DNA of 52,286 bases, filler included, from Squatina squatina (lineage: Eukaryota): assembly GCA_031763465.1 (NCBI GenBank). It is 3 parts of 3 records of this genome, joined end to end, with 100 filler letters (N's around TTAATTAATTAA, not from the genome) between each part and the next. Parts side by side here need not be neighbours in the genome. Positions count along the whole stretch, not along the records: positions 19,509 to 33,300 come from JARFOE010000001.1; positions 33,401 to 52,286 come from JARFOE010000016.1; 1 more part is not named here. One strand, 5' to 3'. Each line of letters opens with the position of its first letter. The first letter of the stretch is position 1. The translations under genes and the position numbers were made by a program. Below the pieces are notes generated by a model, which had not been told where the DNA came from, did not search any database, and saw only the letters and a list, made by a program, of their open reading frames with translations. Below are positions 23,240 to 35,058 of the stretch, piece by piece.

Positions 23240-23599
23240 CTGGGAAGTGGAATTGAAAAAACATTAACCAAATTAAAATACCGATTTAGCGCTGTGAGGA
23301 TCACAGTAGCAGTTCTGATTATTAAAATAAGTCAAACTTTAAAGACCAGTTGGTAACTAGTGGGTCTTTGCCTGGGTTCTTAGACAGAATGAAAGCCACC
23401 TCTTTTCAGATGAATGTTAAGCTTCCTATGAACCTGGGAAGGTCCAGTTGGATTCAAAAGCATACAAAAAGCACAGCAATTCAATAGAGATTAAACACTT
23501 GAAAAATAAATCCTCATCCCACAAAATGCATTAATGTACAAAATTAAGAAAATTATTTCAAACTCAGAATGCCTAAAGAAACTGTAGCAACCAATTGGA

Positions 23600-23810
23600 A
23601 CCTTTGTTCCTGATCCTTGCTATTATCTACTGATCCTTGCTAGAAAGTGCACATGTGTGGAAGTCACGCAAGACTGTGATGCCCTCCATGGTCACATAAC
23701 CAAAGGGCACTCACCAACTAGGCTCACGCATGAAGAATGTTCACTTGAGAAAGGCACAGGAGCCCTGATGAGATTTAACCTAGGAGCTGGTACCTTCAGG
23801 GAAGAGAGAA
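23600..23810 (+). mobile_element. Old SINE body fragment, same family as 18824-19160
   Basis: Shared motifs GCTAGAAAGTG..TGTGTG, TGATGCC.TCCATGGTCA, GGCTCACGCATGAAGAATG; boundaries approximate. Confidence 0.55.
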
Positions 23811-24798
23811 AAAGTGGAGACTTTGTTGGAGGGTGGGGGGCATTNNNNNNNNNNNNNNNNNNNNNNNNNNNNNNNNNNNNNNNNNNNNNNNNNNNNNNNN
23901 NNNNNNNNNNNNNNNNNNNNNNNNNNNNNNNNNNNNNNNNNNNNCTAATAAGATTATACAACAGAGACTGATCATTTGGTGCATTCTGCCTTTCTTTCCG
24001 CTCACCACGTTGTGTTGCTATGACGACCAAAAGGGTAGTCTCCCTGCAGTCCCTCAGCAAAACAATCATGTGACTCAAGAGATACAGTTTTGCAAGCCGA
24101 TTTATCTTATTGATTGACTATTATAGTTGGCTCACAAAATGCAAACATCAAAATACACAAGAACAGAGGTTCTTGTCTAGTGTATGGTTGGAATATATTA
24201 AAATGGGGTCGAAGGTTAAGGCCTGTTCATTTCATATCTGCATTACAGCACCAGAAAAATACTTCTGAAAAAATTAAGGGGAAGAAGTTGGCCTCACTGT
24301 TCATTAGCAGCAAGTCAGCTTACGTTGCATTCCACGCATTAAATCACTTCAGTTATTTTTAAAGTACTGAAAATCCACACAATGTATAAGGAAACTAAAG
24401 GCAGTTTTATAATTTGATTCTTTCCACGCTAATCAAGGCTGATTGGATAAATTCCAGGCCCCCCACTGCACTTAACATCATTACTGCACCACCATAAACA
24501 CTGCCTGGTTTTTAAATAATTAAATTCCAGATCATTCCGCATGCAGAACAAGATGTCTGAAGTTTTACCTACCCTCATAATTCACAATAATGATGGCCAG
24601 CATATAATCTTTCCCCAGCATCATTACATGCAAGGGCACACAAGTAAATTTCCTCCCTCACAGTTTAACCAATGAAAGAAAGCCCTGTGAAATAGATANN
24701 NNNNNNNNNNNNNNNNNNNNNNNNNNNNNNNNNNNNNNNNNNNNNNNNNNNNNNNNNNNNNNNNNNNNNNNNNNNNNNNNNNNNNNNNNNNNNNNNNN

Positions 24799-25247
24799 CC
24801 TTGGCTGTGACGTCAAGGGCTCAGTGCAAGACGTGTCTTGCAAGCTTGGCTCCTTGCCCTCCAATTTTTCTGAGATTATATTTTTGACAACATTTGCACT
24901 GATGTTTTTGTTCATGTCCTGCTGACCCTGCTCTGCTGCTTTCCGCAGCTGATTTTCTCCGTTCTTTGCCAGTTTTGAGTTGGCGTTGTTTACTATAACT
25001 GATGATGCTGTTGTGTCCCCCAGGCCCATTGCAGCCTGGATATTAGTCAAGGCATATTTCTTCCTGCATTTTGGAGGAGTGTTGTTCTTGATTTCTGTGT
25101 TCTTTATTTCGGAGTTTACCAATTTGTTGTGGGAGGAGCGAAGGTTAAGTGTATTTGGTGGAGTAGCTGAACTGTTGCGATTCACTACATCTGTTTGGCT
25201 GTTGGTGGTTGCAAGGAACACTGACATAGTGTCCACAGTGGAGTCAA
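24799..25247 (-). CDS. APBB2: APBB2 large N-terminal exon, truncated by gap
   Basis: DSTVDTMSVFLA...TPPNTLNLRSSHN...TPPKCRKKYALTNIQAAMGL...KNGENQLRKAAEQGQQD...SEKLEGKEP...SQPR matches APBB2; pyrimidine tract + CAG acceptor at 25248-25250. Confidence 0.96.
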
Positions 25248-26656
25248 CTGCAAAAAAGAAAAGAAACCAAAATTAAGTCAATTTTAAAATGCAAGTTTCC
25301 TTATAGTAATCCATGACTATAACACGAGNNNNNNNNNNNNNNNNNNNNNNNNNNNNNNNNNNNNNNNNNNNNNNNNNNNNNNNNNNNNNNNNNNNNNNNN
25401 NNNNNNNNNNNNNNNNNNNNNNNNNNNNCAAAGTGGTGGAACAGCAGTTAAATGGGTAGAAGAGCCTGAATGAAGAATCTCAGCTGCATACTTTGTAGGC
25501 ATCAGCCGAGACTGGTAGGTGTTTGGGCCTAAATGGAAGGAGTGGAGTCCTCCTTCAAACAAAATATAATTGAACTGTATCAGATAAATCAAACTTGCAT
25601 TGCATGCTTATTAATATATTGACATTATATTATTTTGGCTCTACAATGTCATAAAACAGATTTGAATTATCTACAACATTATGGACAGTGTTATATAGGT
25701 TATATTTAGACAATAGCCCTTCTTTTGCAAGAATTACGTCCCGATGGCACAAATACATCTATGGCAACAGGGCAGAGTACAAGCCATGCCCTTGCACTGG
25801 TTTTCCATTTCCCAATTTGCATGGGCTACTGGCACATGTAAACATTCTGAGATCACTGCTGAAATCACATCATATTCTAATTATGGAGCTGTTTTACAAT
25901 TCATTGAAGAACATTCAAGTACAGCAAGTACAGTGGCTACTTTAGGGGCCACATTGGTTCACAGTACCAGCGACTACAGATTATTACAGAAGTCCAATTA
26001 CAGCAATACCTTGATTGATGCAATGACAGGAACAAAGCCAAAAAATATATATACTTAGGATTACAATTTGTTCATGTTTTGGTAATGCAATCCTATCTGA
26101 TTTTCAGTGTAACTTATTTCCTGTTGAGTTACTGTAACTAAAAGGTCATTTCTTAGCAAACCGAGACGAGCCACGTCCTGTGCTACCTGGAATAAGTGGT
26201 ATCTTTGGTATGAACTCGGGTCTACCTGTAGCCATTAAACAAAGCCTTGAGGGAGAAGATAAATTATGTGGTCAAGAAATAGAATGTAAATTTGTTTGCA
26301 AACAACTTTACATTCCATTTCGTGATCACACAATTTACCTTCTCCTCCCCGGTGAAGGATCGAAGATTGACAGCTCCTATCTATATTTCATAAATATTCC
26401 TAATAAAATGGTACTACCTCTTTAAGGCTAAACAAAGATTTAGTGAAAGACGTTATTCAGATTCTCAAGCATTATCTTAAGTATAGGTTTATCACAAAAA
26501 CATTTCACCTCCTGTATTTGAATGTAACAAAGTTATATTTGAAATTGGCAATGAATGCAAGAGCATAGGTGCCAAACCAATAACATGCAGGAACTCAGTG
26601 CCCTCGCACTATTACCAAACACATTGTAGTTGTAAAACTACAATTTCACTTTAGCG

Positions 26657-27425
26657 CAGTGTTGTCCAATATGTTAGCCACTCGCCTTCTGTGGCTAATT
26701 GCGAATTTAGATGTGGCTAATTACATTTTTAATTAGTAAATAAACATTGCCATTGGGCATGTGATCATAATACTCAGTGGGATCGCATATGCATGTGTAC
26801 TTCAACCTTTCTGTGCATTTGTTGGTAAAATGGCAAGGTGAAAAGCAGAGCTTTTTTAAAAAATTGTTTTGTGTGCTTTACATCCTTGATTACTGCTTAT
26901 TGATAATCTGCTGAAATGGTGCATAACATGGGTGAAGACTTCAAGACCATGGAAACACCAGCAATGTTGTATTGAGAGAAAAGTCAGCATGGTCAGCTTG
27001 ACCAATTGGAATAACCGCTCCAGGCCAGCAGAAAAAAGCAAGCCCTGCCAAAGTGATCAGCTCCAACAGGGCATGTCATGGTAAAGGGGGAGCAGCATCC
27101 AGCCGTGTTCTGGATGGAGCGCAGGCATGGATCTGGCGTAAATCATTGTTCAATTCAACATTCTCAGCAATCACTCTGGTGAAGTCAAAGTACCCCTTTG
27201 TAACTGCTGGAAAAACACCTAGAAGCTGCATTAATATGTGCTGTGTCTGATAAATTCATGGCAGAATTACAAACTTTAGTGGAAGAGAAAGACTGCAAAG
27301 CTTCACACTGAATGGTGGTAGATATTGTGTGTTAGCTATTTTCTACTAAACATAGTGCATGCGGCTAAAATGGTGTCACGTCAGCTATGCCTATGGCTAG
27401 TCAGCAATTTCGAATGGACAACACT
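26657..27425 (+). mobile_element. Internally deleted hAT-Charlie-like DNA transposon
   Basis: TIRs CAGTGTTGTCCA ... TGGACAACACT; subterminal TAGCCACT/TGTGGCTA repeats as in MER3/Charlie1; remnant STFSAITLVKSKY resembles the hAT C-terminal motif; degenerate 8-bp TSD (CTTTAGCG / CTTCAGTA). Confidence 0.72.
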
Positions 27426-27439
27426 CTTCAGTAGTTTGA

Positions 27440-27860
27440 TATCCAATTCGCTCTGTCCCCATCACTCATCTTAACCCCTCAAGTGTCTCTGTGGTGCCAG
27501 ACTGCCTGTCCAACATGGAGTCTCAGATGAACCACAATTTCCTTCAGCTCAACATCAACCCTATATCGAATTCTATCCCTTTCCAAAGCTACTCTTTTAT
27601 ACTGAATCTGACCATTCACGGTCTTGGCATCCTGTTATTCCTGAATTGAGTTTTAAACCCCAGATCCAACTGATCACCAAGATCACTTGCTTCCACCCAA
27701 CAACACTGCCCATCTCCACCCCACTTCAACCCCTCTGCTGCTGAAACTTTTTTTGCATGCCTTTGTGACCTCCAGACTTCACCAAGTCAATGTACTCTTT
27801 ACCAGTCTCCCATCCTACACTGTCCATAAACTTCAATTTGTCCAAAACACTCTCCACCTT
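27440..27860 (+). mobile_element. L2 LINE ORF2 C-terminal fragment, decayed
   Basis: LFLHAFVTSRLHQVNVLFTSLP...KLQFVQN corresponds to the L2 motif LIHAFVTSRLDYCN..L.GLP..LQ.VQN. Confidence 0.8.
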
Positions 27861-28109
27861 GATATAACTTCTCTAACTAAAGTCGTACCCACTGCTTTCT
27901 ACAGTTCAGCCAATTTCGTATCCATTCCCACATTTTACCCGGAATCCCCAATCCTTCGAGCTTAATTAATAGCTTTTCATGCAGAACTTCACCAGATGTT
28001 TTGTGGAAGTCTGACTACATCACATTGTAAGGCTTTCACTTCCTCAAAAACGTCAAGGAGGTTGTTTGAGCAGGATATAAACAAAAAATGCTGGGAAAAC
28101 TCAGCAGGT

Positions 28110-28287
28110 CACTGTCTGTCAGACAAGCAGCCTGACAATTTAGAGATCATGGAGGGGTCAAGAGAAGTGGTAGTGAGGTAGAGCTGGGTGTTGTCAGCGT
28201 ATATGTGGAAACTGATGGTGTGTTTTTGATGTGTTTTCTCTCTCCCTCCCTTTTTAAAAAGTGGGGTTACATTAGCTACCCTCCAAT
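28110..28287 (-). mobile_element. L2 RT fragment (about 28110-28236) abutting a CR1 fragment (about 28237-28287)
   Basis: ISFHIYADNTQLYL (L2 YADDTQLY) lies directly beside WRVANVTPLFKKGGREK (CR1 RT N-terminus), which runs into a gap. Confidence 0.82.
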
Positions 28288-29361
28288 NNNNNNNNNNNNN
28301 NNNNNNNNNNNNNNNNNNNNNNNNNNNNNNNNNNNNNNNNNNNNNNNNNNNNNNNNNNNNNNNNNNNNNNNNNNNNNNNNNNNNNNNCTTTCTGACAATG
28401 TCAATGTTTTTTAAGTGCTTTACCACAAAGAGAAAAGCAGCAAGTCTTCCTGGGCCATTCTTGTGCACCTCCTATTGGCTGCAGAAGCAGTATTCGCAGA
28501 AACTTAGGGAAGTGGTCATCTGCTTATTTGCTTACTCTGGAATATTACATGGTATGGGAAGACATAGTGAAAGAGTCACTAAATTAATTTATTTTTTTAA
28601 AAATTAACAGGTCAGGTTATAAAAGTGATTTTGTACTGGCAATATGTGGCACCACTTTCAGGATCCGTTTTGAATCTTCAACTGTTGTCATATTTTTAAC
28701 TATCTGAAACTCACCAAATTGAGACTGCCTCCATTTTTAGGCCCAATCTACCATAGAAACTTCCAGATGATTAAATCATGTTTATTTTTCGACTTAGTTA
28801 TTGAAGTGTAATGGAATTGTATTGTCAAACTGCCAAATGCTCTCAAGCAAAATCATAGAAACATAGAAACATTAATAATTTATTCATCAGTGTGCAAGGG
28901 GAGGATTATAGCTGTATAGCGGTCAAAGTAGTAATTAAACATATATTAGTTCCTTCTGCAAGCTAATTGGAAGCAAAATTCTGCAGAGCTAGTTTGAAAT
29001 GGATGCTTGCAGTTTCCAACTTGGCAACATCTATATTTTCTAATCAGCTGCCTAACTCTGCAGAGCTGGATCAAATACACAAAGCCTGGTGTAGTCAGCA
29101 GAAATGTGCATGTGTCATCCAGGACATGATGCAACCAATTTTCAACATGCATTGCTTGGATAAGACAATCAATTTCATTGAGACCAGTACTAAAGCTGTG
29201 ATAAAAGTAAATATGACTGCAAATGAGCGAAATGACCTCAATCCTGACATTAGAGCCAGTGTCATTCAACTCCTCCCTCACCTCTGAGACCATCAAATTT
29301 GGAACCATAATCAAAACATTAAAATAGCTATCTGCTCACAAAAATCAACAAAATAAAAATT

Positions 29362-29452
29362 TTGGACCGAGTCCGGTCCATTTCCCGCACCTCTGCCCTC
29401 AACCCTTCCCCTCCTTCCCAGAACCATGACAGGGTTCCCCTTGTCCTCACCT
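29362..29452 (+). mobile_element. Penelope-like element fragment
   Basis: DRVRSISRTSALNPSPPSQNHDRVPLVLT is typical of the RT to GIY-YIG linker of vertebrate Penelope elements; runs into a gap. Confidence 0.72.
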
Positions 29453-29929
29453 NNNNNNNNNNNNNNNNNNNNNNNNNNNNNNNNNNNNNNNNNNNNNNNN
29501 NNNNNNNNNNNNNNNNNNNNNNNNNNNNNNNNNNNNNNNNNNNNNNNNNNNNTTCAATTCAGTAACTATAAATTGCGCATTGCGTAATATCATTATGGCA
29601 ATATCTAAACTAAAGGGCCCAGAAACCGTCATTACAACTTTATCTCTGGAAAACTTATGTCCGATTGACCAAGACACCAAGACATTTAAATCAAACTACT
29701 TCTCTATTTAGAAGCCTCGTCAAGCGGTTTGCTGGCGGGTTCCAGATGGATCAGGAGACTTGGACTGTGCTAATTGTAATCTTGTCCAGCGTTTGACATG
29801 AAGAAAGGGCTGAACTGAAATCCTTCCTAATTGTTCCCAGTAAGCCGAGTTATCTGACGAAAGAATTAGGTACAGGTGTTTGGTGATGATTTGATGAGAT
29901 GATTAATTGGTCCCCCCCTATCTTGCAGT

Positions 29930-30056
29930 GGATTCACTCCGGTGTCGGTATTAAAGCCCCGCCCAGTGCTAGAACCAGCCAGACTCGCCCGCTCCACAGC
30001 GACAGACTGATCCCCGGCTCCACACAGCGCCAGCGAGAGGTTAAACTGCCGCAACA
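29930..30056 (+). promoter_or_regulatory. UCHL1: Putative UCHL1 core promoter and 5'UTR
   Basis: TATTAAA at 29949-29955 followed by CCCCGCCC GC box; local CpG enrichment about 100 bp upstream of the ATG. Confidence 0.6.
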
Positions 30057-30089
30057 ATGGAATGGAAACCAATGGAAATCAACCCCGAG
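30057..30089 (+). CDS. UCHL1: UCHL1 exon 1 coding part, 33 bp
   Basis: ACAATGG start; MEWKPMEINPE (human MQLKPMEINPE); GT donor. Confidence 0.94.
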
Positions 30090-30178
30090 GTATTCTTTGG
30101 TCGTGCTGTTAACTAGTGTTTTAGATATTTTTGTTATTGGCGAATTTTAACCACGTTTACTCTTTTTTTTTGTTTCAG

Positions 30179-30190
30179 ATGCTGAACAAA
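30179..30190 (+). CDS. UCHL1: UCHL1 exon 2, 12-bp microexon
   Basis: Poly-T tract + CAG, ATGCTGAACAAA (MLNK), GTAAGT donor. Confidence 0.93.
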
Positions 30191-30483
30191 GTAAGTACGC
30201 AACAGTCACCGAGCTTCTTTATCTGCAAATATTTCTTCGGATGGTCCCGTTTGATTTGATTCGATTCAAGCTAAACAACGATTTACCCCTAAATCTCAGC
30301 TCTATACAATCTTTAATAGATTAAGGGTGTGGTCAGACAGGAGCCCTCTGCTGAGTTATTAATGCGTCAGTGAAAGTTGTATTATTGGTAGAAATATTGA
30401 ACCAGCTTCTAAAATGGCAATTTGAGAAATGTGTCTTAATATATAATGCTGTAGTTTAACTTAGTTTTTACCTTCTGTATTAG

Positions 30484-30612
30484 TGTCTGTCTCGGCTGGG
30501 TGTAGCATCGAGCTGGAAGTTCGTGGATGTCTTGGGGTTAGAAAACGAATCCCTCTCCATGGTGCCATCGCCAGTGTGTGCTCTGATGCTGCTGTTCCCT
30601 CTTAGTCAACAG
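30484..30612 (+). CDS. UCHL1: UCHL1 exon 3, 129 bp
   Basis: [43 protein letters not shown]; TAG/GTAGG boundaries. Confidence 0.95.
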
Positions 30613-30994
30613 GTAGGGCGCTGTCGAGCATATACTAGGGGAAGCTAAGCCCCGTCTGCCGTACTAGGTGTGCTCAAACATGGTGCGGTATAATAAATTA
30701 TGAAGTTGGCAATATTAAACGCGTGTTGTATCTAACATCCCACCTGTCAGTCTGACTTTATATACCTGAGTTGTGATACTGAATCATGCTTGGCTTGGGA
30801 TTTTTATTGGAAAATCAGGGCTTCCTAGATTGTGCAGCCAACTGCAATGTTGCAGTGACACAAGGCGGCAAAGCTGATGAAACCATTGGTCAGTNNNNNN
30901 NNNNNNNNNNNNNNNNNNNNNNNNNNNNNNNNNNNNNNNNNNNNNNNNNNNNNNNNNNNNNNNNNNNNNNNNNNNNNNNNNNNNNNNNNNNNNN

Positions 30995-31141
30995 TGGCCA
31001 AAGGGATCAGGGGGTATGGAGAGAAAGCAGGTACAGAGTACTGAGTTGGATGATCAGCCATGATCACACTAAATGGCGGTGCAGGCTCGAAGGGCCGAAT
31101 GGCCTACTCCTGCACCTATTTTCTATGTTTCTATGTTTCTA
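30995..31141 (+). mobile_element. CR1/HER1-type LINE 3' end with (TATGTTTC)n tail
   Basis: GATCAGCCATGATC...GAAGGGCCGAATGGCCTACTCCTGCACC...TTCTATGTTTCTATGTTTCT; closely similar copy at 38203-38386. Confidence 0.9.
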
Positions 31142-32602
31142 AATGGCCTGTTTCTGTGTTGTATATCTTATGTAATCCTTTTGTTTAAATGGATTTATAA
31201 CCTGTGTTACTCATTGTGATCATAAACCTCACTCCTAATATTTCTTCAATACTGACAGCCCTGAACGAGTGAGATTTGATTGGTCTTCAAATCCCAAAGG
31301 TTGTTAAAGCCTCCTGTTGAACAGCCCAGGAGCTACTATTTAGTGCTTAAGGGAAGTCTTAGGATAGTCATAGTAGCTTCAATGACTCTCTTCATTTTCT
31401 CTTGACCTGCTATGCACTATAATTATTCATTGAAAAGGACTCCACATATTTGAAAATTTGCATAAGGAAAAAATGGGTGGTATTTGTTGGAACTTTCCAA
31501 TGCAAGTAAAGCAATGACTATCATACATGACTATAGTCCTGCCCTTAAAATCTTACAGCACAGATGCTTAAGGTCAAAAATGCATATATAATTTCATACA
31601 TGTCATACTAAATATTGCAGTATTTTATTCAACATAAGTATACAGAAACTTGTGTTTACTTCCTGTAGCTTCCTCAAAGGAGCAAATGATAGCTGGAGTC
31701 CCTTAAGAGTAAGAGTAAGAGAAGTGAGATACTGGAAGGAGACTGCAGAAGGCAGGGGCCCCTAAATGATTTTTTTTAAAGCATTGTGCCAGATTTTGAT
31801 AGCATATCCATGAACAGAATTAAAATGACGTGGAATGTGTCCACGTTTCTGTGAAGAAACTAATAGTCCCACATAGTACATAATCTGACAATACAAGAAG
31901 AACTGGGGATAATTGGGGTGGAAATATTGTAACATTTATTAAACATAGAGATGGTAAAAAGGCCTGAAAAATAATGAATGTGATTCCATCTTTAAAAAAG
32001 GTCACCTACAGTGTGAAAATACTGACGTCTATTGCAACAGAATTCTTGGGCATTTAGCGAGGGCAAAAATAGTTTTATGTTAACTAGTCTACTAAGGCTA
32101 TAATAATGAGATATTTAGCAACTAAAAGAAAATCATCACTGCTTCATCTTACGTTGTTTTAATAGGGCTGTGTAGACAATAACTGGAGGGGAGAGTGAAG
32201 TGAGAGCAGTTAATAACGTTATCTGGGCCCAGAGAATGTGTTATGCCTTGAATACATTTCTCGTTGGCTTTTTTAAATGTAAGTCATATGCTTTCTATTG
32301 TTTCCGGTTTCTGAGTTTTCCCTTTGGAATTTGAATCTGCCATTTGTGCTGCTAACTATTGACATTGTGGACCTGTGCAGTTTTGACAGGAAGAGCTGTA
32401 TTTTCTTTCTTTGAAAAAAACATTGTGATGGTCGTCGCACAGAAGATTTTACCAGAGTCTAAAGTGGACTGTTTTCTCACACAGCAAGGAGAGAGTGTTT
32501 CANNNNNNNNNNNNNNNNNNNNNNNNNNNNNNNNNNNNNNNNNNNNNNNNNNNNNNNNNNNNNNNNNNNNNNNNNNNNNNNNNNNNNNNNNNNNNNNNNN
32601 NN

Positions 32603-33300
32603 GATCAGGGACAGGAGGATGTGACTGCGAGTCAGGAAGGTATCGGGACCCAGGATGTAGTGATGAAGGAGCCTCAGCCCTTGACCTTGTCCAACACATA
32701 CGAGGTACTTGCTACCTGTATGGATGAGGAAAAGGACTGCAGGGAGGACCACGGCACACTTATACATGGGGCCATCCAAGTGGGGGGAAAAGGAAAGATT
32801 GTGGTAGTGGTGGAGGACAGTGTAGTCAGGGGGATAGGTAATGTTGATGCAGCCATTACAGGGAGTTCCGGAGGTTGAGGTGCCAGGGTTAAGGATATTT
32901 CCTCGTGGCTGGAGAAGAACATGGAGTGGGAGGGGAAGGAACCAGTTGTCATGGTCCATGTAAGAACCAACGACATAGGTAGAACAAGAATGAAGTTCTA
33001 CTGAGGGAGTATGAGGAGCTAGGGTCAAATTAATAAGCAGAACCTCAAGGGTAATAATGTCTGGATTACTACCTTAGCCACACGCAACTTGGCACAGGGA
33101 TAACCAGATCAGATAGTTAAATGTGTGGCTTAAAGAATGGTGTGAGAAGAAGGTGTTTCAATTCATGGGGCAGAGGCACTGGAAAAAGAGGGAGCTGTTC
33201 CATCAGGACAGGCTCCACTTAAACCGGGTTGGGACCAGCCTCCTGGCGAATCAAATAACTAGGGCTGTAGATAGGGTTTAAACGTAAAAATGGGTGGAGG
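32603..33300 (+). mobile_element. CR1 ORF1 (SGNH esterase) fragment, decayed
   Basis: LTLSNTYEVL, IVVVVEDSVVRGI, GARVKDI, EPVVMVHVRTNDIGR and GLHLN motifs across frameshifts. Confidence 0.88.
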
Positions 33301-33400
33301 NNNNNNNNNNNNNNNNNNNNNNNNNNNNNNNNNNNNNNNNNNNNTTAATTAATTAANNNNNNNNNNNNNNNNNNNNNNNNNNNNNNNNNNNNNNNNNNNN
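33301..33400. other. Artificial scaffold-joining spacer N44-TTAATTAATTAA-N44
   Basis: Same layout as 19409-19508. Confidence 0.97.
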
Positions 33401-33913
33401 GTTTTAGCGCCAAAAGTGGCTTCACGCCAGTTTTGCGCCACTTTCACGCTAGAAGTTTTACCACGAATTGGCCGCCCTATGTATTTAGTTAATTCCAGTG
33501 TGAATAGTGCAATCTGAAAAGTCAAGCCTTGAAACCAGTCATAATTTTTTAAGGGTGCTTGTTATAGAAGCTTCAGATTGACTTCTGCTGGGATCAAAGG
33601 TAGCCTTTCTGATCATGAGTTCCACTGTACAATTTAAGTCTTCCATTCAAAACAATAGGAAACATTTTTGAGATCAGGCCCATGCTCTTTGCAAGTAAAC
33701 TTTCTCGCCTCTGTATTAAAGCTCTCGTATCTGAAGAATTTTTGTAGATTTTAGTCCTTTTTTCTCTGTAGCTGAAATCACTGCTTTAGATATATTCAGA
33801 ATGAAATATGATTTCTACAGATGCATTAGTAATTCCAGTAGATTAAAGAGCATTCAGATGAGTACATAGTAAAGCTGTTGGAAGATTTTAATTTTATTAT
33901 TCTTTTTCTGCAG

Positions 33914-34061
33914 TTTGGGTGTTGAGCCAGTTGATAAGGATGTAATTAAACGGCCTCCAAGAAATGTCAAAGACTCTATCCTGAATAAGGGCCTAATTGT
34001 TAAAATATTATTCTCAGCTATTATCATGATCAGTGGTACCCTCTTTGTTTACTGGAAAGAG
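33914..34061 (+). CDS. ATP2C2: ATP2C2 (SPCA2) exon, 148 bp
   Basis: (S)[49 protein letters not shown]; CAG/GT; paralog chosen from ISGTLF.WKE and the adjacent MEAK7. Confidence 0.88.
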
Positions 34062-34564
34062 GTGTGTATAATGTATAAACTTTAATAATTAATCATTACC
34101 TAATACTTCATTAAATAATCTGTGTATCATATGCAATCAATGTTCTGCAGAATGGAAGGGGAGGGCCCTGTAATCCCGCCAGCACTACACGTGTCTGTTC
34201 TGCAGATAGTAGCGGCGCAAAATTGTGTACCGCCCTGGTTGGGGGTGGTAACAGCTGCGAAGCAGGATTTCCTGTGCCAGGCACAGAAGTCCCACCCACG
34301 AATAAAATCTTGCACTCCACTTTCTCTTGGTAGCAGCTCTGGGGTTGCTAACCAAGGTGACTTTTCCAGTTCCATACGGAGACACGTGTAGCACTGGGGG
34401 GAAATACAGGGCCCTCCCCTTCCATTCAAGGGGAAGGCACACTTTGGACTCTGCATTAGGGTGANNNNNNNNNNNNNNNNNNNNNNNNNNNNNNNNNNNN
34501 NNNNNNNNNNNNNNNNNNNNNNNNNNNNNNNNNNNNNNNNNNNNNNNNNNNNNNNNNNNNNNNN

Positions 34565-35058
34565 CCTCCCCTTCCGGCGGTAAAGGGGAAGGCACGCTGC
34601 GATCTCTGCAATGGGGAGAAAGGGCCACCACTACGCCACCGGGGAGCGGAGTGCCGTGGCAGCAGCCCGACACAGAAGCGGCGTGCCGGGCTGCAACATC
34701 GCAGCACGGACCCCGCGAATTGGAAAAGTCAAGGCCATTTTTCTAAAAGTGTGCGCCGCACCTCCTCTTTAATTTTCAGTGGACTCAGGCCTGGTTCGCG
34801 GCCTGCAAAGCCCACACGGGCAGATCTACCGAATTTTTGCTCCGGGGCAAAAACAGGTCTCTGTGTACAGTGATGACGTCTTTGCTGGCACAGCATCACA
34901 GGGCGCTACCAACAGGAGCGGGGCGCTACCTGCTCATGCCGCTGCTGAACTCCCGCAGAATGTTGCGGGAGTAGTTAGTGACAACGTGCCCAGGTGAAAA
35001 GTCGTTTGTGTCCCATTGGCGCCCCCAGGGGAGGTGCAAACGACCAAATTTTCCCCCC
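34565..35058 (-). mobile_element. GC-rich MITE-like element, one terminus visible
   Basis: Terminus AATTTTCCCCCC at 35047-35058; subterminal GTCGTTTG...CAAACGAC hairpin; reverse strand shares GGGGCGCCAATGGGAC with 20923-20938. Confidence 0.65.

Noticed and set aside
24658-25236. Stand-alone 192-aa gene starting MDTMSV
   Set aside because: Internal APBB2 exon with a splice acceptor at 25248; the tail after the gap is intronic.
30057-30612. UCHL3 instead of UCHL1
   Set aside because: KPMEINPEMLNK and the APBB2 neighbour identify UCHL1.
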